From positions 786,942 to 850,941 of the forward strand of contig CAJFCJ010000009.1 in the NCBI GenBank assembly GCA_904063045.1: DNA of 64,000 nucleotides, in the 5' to 3' direction. This document shows, piece after piece, positions 57,321 to 64,000 of this stretch. Source of the DNA: Dimorphilus gyrociliatus (Eukaryota; Animalia; Annelida). Position 1 is the stretch's first letter. Every line of letters starts with the position of its first letter. Below the pieces are notes generated by a model that saw only the letters and a list, made by a program, of their open reading frames with translations, was not told the origin of the DNA and ran no database searches. The position numbers and the translations under genes were made by a program.

Positions 57321-58164
57321 TTTTTATGATTAAAATGATTTGCCTACGAAAATTGATATTACTTCAAGACCAATGAGAATGACCGTAACAAGCGTCTATT
57401 TGATTCTAAATTATTATAGAATTTAAAATAATTATAAGTTTGGGTGTTCGGCAATTTGTTCTATTTATAGATGTCGCTACTGTCTTCCGGCCCCGCGGTC
57501 TCAGCGACGCCGATCTTGGATATGAGATTTTCAGTAAGTTTTTCATAAAGTATTGAAAATTATATTACAGATATACGTTAACGATTAATACAACAAAAAA
57601 TGATTAACAGTAATCCATACTTTTCTTCATTTTAATTCCGATTCATATGTGACAGTTAAATTATCTAAATTTTCGCTCGATTCTTTTATTTCATACATGT
57701 ACTCTTTGTTTTGAACCTCAGAACTCTCCTTCTCTTTTTGTTTTCACCGATCTCACTATTAAAGTAGAAAAGAAAAGCCAAAATAATAATATAGTGATTA
57801 TTAGAGCTTTAAGAATTTACATTAATAGATATAATCGCATTTGGCTATTAGGTAAAAACTAATATTAATATTATTCCAGATTTCAGGCTTAAACAGAGAA
57901 ATTAAGCATTTATGATAATAAAAGTATCATATTTAAAGCAGTTTGTTTTAAATTTTTAATAACGATATAAAAGTTAGCGCTGATTAAATCTAACCAAAAT
58001 ATTAATTACGTATATAAATGTTTTATATAATTTTCGACAAGTGTTTTTATTGTGAAATCTTTTCTAGATCGATTCTTGGGGCATAGAATTTTTATTATTA
58101 TGTTAACTTATAGTAAAAATATTTATATTTTCTTGTGATAAAATAATTAATTTGCAGCTTTAAA

Positions 58165-61100
58165 ATGGATCATAACCAACCGATTGATTCGGAAAAATCT
58201 TCCGCTTCACCCGAAACGACAGCAGATGCTCAAGAAATTTCTGCGAAGAAAGCAAAATTGTCGTTAGAAGACATTTGTTCATACTCTGAAGAAGTTGGGG
58301 AAGTCGTTTCCAAGATATCTGAAGAAACTATTGTTACAGAAGTGAAAGCATGCTTAGAAGAATGTGTTATAAAATGTATCTCGGAAGAAGAAAGTAAATC
58401 CTTGATTGAGTCGCAACTGGAACCGTCTGAAGAGTCTGAGGATAATATTAAAGAGCAGACTGTCGATGACAATGACAGTAATTCTAATAATGATGTTATT
58501 GAGCCAGACTCCAAAGAGACACTGTCAGAAGCAGATGATAAAGAAAATACGATCCTCGAAGGATTGAAAGCTAAAGCTGACGAACAAAGTTCGGATGAAT
58601 CCAGCTCTAAAAATGATGACGATCAGCATTCGAACGAATCTAGTGCGGTTGAAGACGATCAAAAGTTAAACACACAAAACCTGAAAGTTACAAATGTTGA
58701 GGACGACAGCAACTCAAATGAGGAAGTAACTCTTGTGGATGATAAAATCTTTAGCAAAGACACTATTATGAACGAAGAATGCAATTCAAGCGAACCTTCT
58801 CCCTTGAAAGATGATCAGAATTCGAATGAACCTAAAACTATTGATGAAGATCAAAATTCAAATGAACCTTCGCCCTCGGAGGATTCGAACGAGCCCATAA
58901 CAATGGATGAAGACCAAAATTCAAATGAACCAGTTCTGATGGAAGAAGATCAGAATTCAAACGAACCTACTGCAACAGAAGAACAATCAGCTGCTGACGA
59001 TGATCAGAGTTCAGTTGAGAAGCAGACGGCAGAAGAACTAAAAGAAATAGATTCAGACACAAAGGCCTCTAAGGAAGATATTGTTGAAAGATATAAGTTA
59101 CCTTCAGTTGAATCGTCTCAAAATGCTGAGGATTCGAGAAGCAGTGATCAAAGTAAACCTGAAAGTAAAAATGGTGGAGAAAAGCCCACCAAACGATCCA
59201 GCTGTAGGACATCGTTAAGAAAGGAAATGAGTCAAATCGGACACGTCGCGTAAGATTTTAATTTTTATATTCTTTCATAAAATTTATTTGCAATAATTCT
59301 AATAAAATTTTTATTTTAGCCGCCAAATTGGCGCTCAGGAAGTTATAGAATATCAATGGCCAGCCAACTCTGAGCATCATTATTTCCTGCAAGAACAAAT
59401 TTCTGATTATCTTGAAGTAGTTTCATTCAGAAGAAGATATCCAGGTAAAATTATTTCTATCAAATATTGATTTTCCTTCTAAACGGGATTGTTTCTAACA
59501 AATAGAATTGACTCGACGGAATATAGAACCAAACGAACGAAATTATCTGCTAGATAGAGGACTTGTAAATGAAACTCAATCTGACCTAGGTATATAAGCC
59601 GATTTCATTAATAATATTTGTTGTAGCAATAGTACTAGAAAATTCTTTCATACATAGGCTTAGTTCCATTACGAAGTGAAGAGGTCATGGAACTTATGGA
59701 AAAAGACTTTCCTGAAAAATGTAAAGAAATAGCTAAAGTTCTTAGAGAGCGAGAAAGAAAAAAGATGATAGAAACCGTAAAAACTACTTATAGTACTCAG
59801 AAAACAATTGACAAACATAAACTAGAGCATTTAAGAAAAAAGGCAATTAAAGGAGCTTCTGAATTTAATTCCAATCTACGACGAGAAAGAAAAGATGAGA
59901 GAAGAGTTTATTTCGATTTACAAACAATGGTTCGTTAATTACTTTTTTTTTCTATTAATTAATGAAAATAATGACAATTCTAACTGTTTTAATTTCCTGT
60001 AGCAAGTGCATTTCCCTCAAAGAAAACTTAAATTGAAGGATCCTTCCTATAAACAGGCATATCCAGCAGCTCTTATTCCAGGACAATATACAGACTACAC
60101 TAAAAAGTATATTACTGTCTTGTATAAGTTAAAAGCATCATACTATAATTACAATGATATATCTAGATTTAACAATACTCAATTGAAATGTCTGCCTCTG
60201 AACTGTGCTCTTCGTATGCCTCCAACACCACCTCCCGAATTGGAAACTCATTTCTCTGAAGATGTAAATAGTTCTTTTATTGCATTTTAGAGGATAATAT
60301 TTTTAACTTATTGAAAAAATCTGTTTCTAGTCCGAATCAAGTAAAAGTGATGAAGAGTCTCAAAGTTCTGACATGAGTTCTGAGGACGAAAGTAATAATG
60401 AAATTGTACCAGAGGAAGTTGAAAAAGAACCGGTACAGACAACACCTGTAAATAGAGCTTCAAGGGTATTAGTTGGAGGTCGAGCAAGACGTAAGAGAAG
60501 AGGAGCATTCCTCTTCAGCATGCCGAGGAAATTGCCACCAAAGCCTGTTGGTAGACCACCAGGCCCTGGAAGAGGGCGAGGACGTGGTAGAGGAAGAAGG
60601 GTAAAACCTATTCAAATATACCTGTTTCAAAAAAAGTTCTTTTTATAATCTTAAAATAAATAATAGGGTCGACCGCCTTTGAGAAATGTTGCTAGGGAAA
60701 TACCACCTTTAAAACTAAATTTAGTAAGTTTTATATATCTCGTATTTTAAAAACCGGAATTCTCTTATAAATTCAATATTTTTGCAGAGTGCGCTTCCCA
60801 AAGAATCATCTGATAGTCCAACGCCAATAGTGAATATTCTATTTTTATCTTTTAATTTTTATATATATATATGTGTTCAATATCGCCTTAAGGCCTCAAC
60901 CGAAGAAGTTTGCGGTATTTGTCGAGGAGACGAACAAAAGAATAAGGAAGGATCACCAGAAGATCTTGTTAAATGTGGCGATTGCGGAAGAGCAGGTATT
61001 TATTAACACTTTGCTTCCAATCGATAATAACAGATGCTTAAAATTTAAAATGATCAGATTTTGAATAAGATGGCTCTGTGGCTTAGTTGGTTAAAGCGCC

Positions 61101-61606
61101 TGTCTAGTAAACAGGAGATCGAGGGTTCGAATCCCTCCAGAGCCTTTTGTACCAGTGAACATTTTTGTAATGAACATTTTTACTATACACAGGACACCCG
61201 ACATGCTATGAAATATCACATATGCTTACTCAAATAAAAAAATATAGCTGGCAGTGTATGGAATGTAAGGCATGCGCGTTTTGTGAATCAACAAGAGATG
61301 AAGATAAAATGATTTTTTGTGATCAGTGTGATAGAGGTTATCATACTTTTTGTCTCGGTATACCAAATATCCCATCTGGAAGTTGGCAATGTCCAAAATG
61401 TACACCAAAGAGAAGAACGTCGGATGATTCCTTAGATTCTGATGTTGAAATATTACCAACAAAGTAAAGTTATTAACTATAAGGAATTCATTATAAATTT
61501 TTAACTTATCTTTTTCTTTAAAAACAACAGAAGAAGAAGAAAAACCTTGACTAAGAACAGCAATGGCCTTAAGAAAGAAGCTTCTAGTGAAGGTGCATCA
61601 AACTGA
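58165..61606 (+). CDS. PHF10: PHD finger protein 10 (BAF45a): acidic N-terminus, SAY domain, double PHD
   Basis: [102 protein letters not shown]. Confidence 0.93.
61072..61145 (+). tRNA. tRNA-Thr(AGT), intronic in PHF10
   Basis: Acceptor stem GGCTCTG/CAGAGCC, D-arm, anticodon arm CCTGT-CTAGTAA-ACAGG (AGT 61106-61108), T-arm GAGGG-TTCGAAT-CCCTC, followed by a TTTT Pol III terminator. Confidence 0.97.
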
Positions 61607-61885
61607 TATTTAAACTTTTTATTAGTTTAGTTGTTTGTAAAAAATTGTACGAAAACATCTTTATAGGATTGTTATAAAAAAAATTTTTCTCACTTTATCC
61701 CTTTTTTTTATATTTGTACTAAAACATAAGAAAACAAGAAAAAAATACGAAAAGAAATTAGTTTCACAGTGTGACATTTATGCGTTTCAAGCTTGTTATA
61801 CTACTCTCTCTTAAAACTTCCATTATCGCTATTTACGTATTGAAGCAAAACAAGAGAACGCAACTTCTTATAAAGAAGTATATTA

Positions 61886-63750
61886 TCACGATCTTGCGGG
61901 GAACCACTCGATGATGTAGTATTTCTTTTTCCCCACTTTAATAACACTTATTCCATTTTTTAAAATGGCACTTGCTTCATCAATCCGATATTCCGGATCA
62001 AGAACTTTTTGTTCATTTAATTTAACTCCTCCTTGTCGAATGATTCTGTCAGCGTCCTCTATTTTGTTGAAGAAAAACTAGTTATTTCTATTTTAAAAAG
62101 AAATTACAATATTTACTATTTCTTTTAAAGCATTTTGCGGCCATACAAATATCAGACAACTTCATTCCATTCTCAAATTGAATTTGTGTTGTAGAAGCAT
62201 TCTTAAATAGATTCTGTAATTCAGTACCATCTAAGTCTCCTATCATTTTAGCAACGTCTTCATTTTTGCCAAAGAGAATTGCAGAATATTTTTCTGCTAT
62301 CTCTACTCCCACCTCTAATAATTTTAATATTATAAGAAACACATTAAAAGACAAATGATCTTCATTTACCTCCGTGAACTAATTTCACTACCTCTACTGC
62401 AAGTTTTTTCTGAGCCATTCGTTCGGATGGATTTTCCTATGTTTTAAAATAGTAACAAACAAGATAAATATGAAGTATTAACCCGGATTGTAAAATGTAC
62501 TAACAAGATGTAAATTTATAAGTTTCTTTATGGAATCTATAGGTAAAAAAGTAAATAATGATAACATTCTTTCCATATCATCGTCAGGGAGGTTGATAAA
62601 AAACTTCAAAAATAGTAAAAATAACTTTAAAGAGCAATATCATTATTTTTCCTTATTAATTACAAACTTGATATAACTCGTATGCGGAGGTTTGAATGCC
62701 GTCTAACCATACTGAATTTCCAGCACTCTTTCCCAATTTGGCGCCACTCGAATCTGTAATTAGTGGGACAGTTAATCCAAAAACAGTATCTTTTTTAACT
62801 CTTTGGATGAACTCGTATCCAGAAACGATATTTCCAGTTTGATCATTTCCTCCAATTTGAATATAGCAATTATATTTGTTCATTAAATGAAACCAATCGT
62901 AAGACTGGAATATTTGATAAGTGAACTCGCATAGACTGAGACCTTGCTCTCCCTTTAATCGAGTTTGGACTCTATGGAAAACATACTATAGTTACTTAAG
63001 ATTGTTAATAATATCATAAAATATAACGGACGTTTCTCTACTCAGGAGAGGACCCATTCTAAAATGCCTTCCGTATGTTGACAAAAATTCTACCAGATTT
63101 ATTTGGGAATACCAATCTTCATTATTGAGAATACTGAAATAATAGAGGGGTTTATATTAAAATGAAAATGTATCGCTTAACATACGTAAAAGATCCGGGA
63201 TTATCTTTTTGAAACATATCATCGAAATTCTTTTGTATTTTTTCAATTATCATTCTTATTGAGGACACATTTTCTCTTATATGAATTTTATCAATAGGAT
63301 TTCTTTCACTATTTTTTCCACTAGGGTCACCTATTTGTGCTGTAGCACCACCAATCTGTAAATAAATTATTGTTTGTCAGATGTTCATTGTTGTAATTTT
63401 AAGGATATTAACGAGGACAACAGCATTATGTCCAGCTCTTTGACAATGTAAGAGTGCAATTAACGGTAACAAATTCCCTATATGTAGACTACTTGCAGTT
63501 GGATCTATACCGAGATAGAAACACTGAGGGGATGAAAGTTTGGCCTCTAACTCATTCCTCCTGTAAGAGCATTATAGAAACGATTATTAGGGATTTTTTT
63601 GGTTACTTATTAGAGAGTCTTTACAAAGTATTAGGAAATATATTTTGCAGAATCCCTCTCTCTTGTAGATTTGATGTGTTTAAGCTGTACTGTCCATACT
63701 GTCTGGTGAGTTGGTTGTAATATTTAAAAACTTGCCTCCCGGTACGAATG
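61886..63750 (-). CDS. YARS2: Mitochondrial tyrosyl-tRNA synthetase; start codon not resolved (may lie upstream or outside the window)
   Basis: [26 protein letters not shown] (HIGH motif), [21 protein letters not shown] (KMSKS motif), C-terminal [19 protein letters not shown]; stop 61886-61888. Confidence 0.93.
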
Positions 63751-64000
63751 AATGACCTGTGAGCGATAACAGACAATAATTAGGGGAAAAGTACTTATTT
63801 TTCACTTTTGAAATTATGTTTCTTCCTAATGCATAATTTTTCAAATTGTATATTTTTTTAGAAGTTTTTTTATTTCAAGAAAGAACAACAAAATGAAGTT
63901 AAATAGTAGAAACGTAACAAAAAAAACTAAAATTAAGAAACTAACATTGTTTAATGAAAACTGGGGGGAAAAGATTCCAGAAGAGCCAGAATAACAATAA

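Noticed and set aside
63454-63720. Plus-strand 88-aa ORF
   Set aside because: Antisense to the YARS2 HIGH-motif exons, with no independent features.

Overview
Eukaryotic (metazoan) DNA: AT-rich, very gene-dense, with about 20 protein-coding genes in 64 kb and mostly 50-70 nt GT-AG introns. The gene content and compaction suggest a spiralian such as the miniature annelid Dimorphilus (inference only). Gene order: SMG1 3' end (+), SLC3A1/alpha-glucosidase-like (-), ABHD8 (+), MICU1 (+), MRG15-like (-) hosting an antisense intronless beta-propeller gene in one intron, receptor guanylyl cyclase with degenerate catalytic residues (+), melatonin-receptor-like GPCR (-), about 4.8 kb non-coding, ARM-TIR-SAM gene (+), decayed ZNFX1 pseudogene (-), neuronal calcium sensor (+), ankyrin-SOCS box (+), GEMIN2 (-), PARL (+), SSNA1 (+), Na/Ca exchanger (-), SRFBP1 (-), EIF2B2 (-), GLDC (+), large ankyrin/low-complexity gene (+), BPNT1 with two duplicated alternative first coding exons (-), PHF10 with an intronic tRNA-Thr(AGT) (+), YARS2 (-, 5' end unresolved). 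No intact mobile element, rRNA or CRISPR array was seen. The best leads are the duplicated BPNT1 first exons, the nested orphan gene, the ARM-TIR-SAM protein next to a ZNFX1 relic, the apparent pseudo-cyclase and the X-box-linked melatonin-like receptor. All gene identities come from motif recognition by eye; no database search was run, and exon boundaries were inferred manually.
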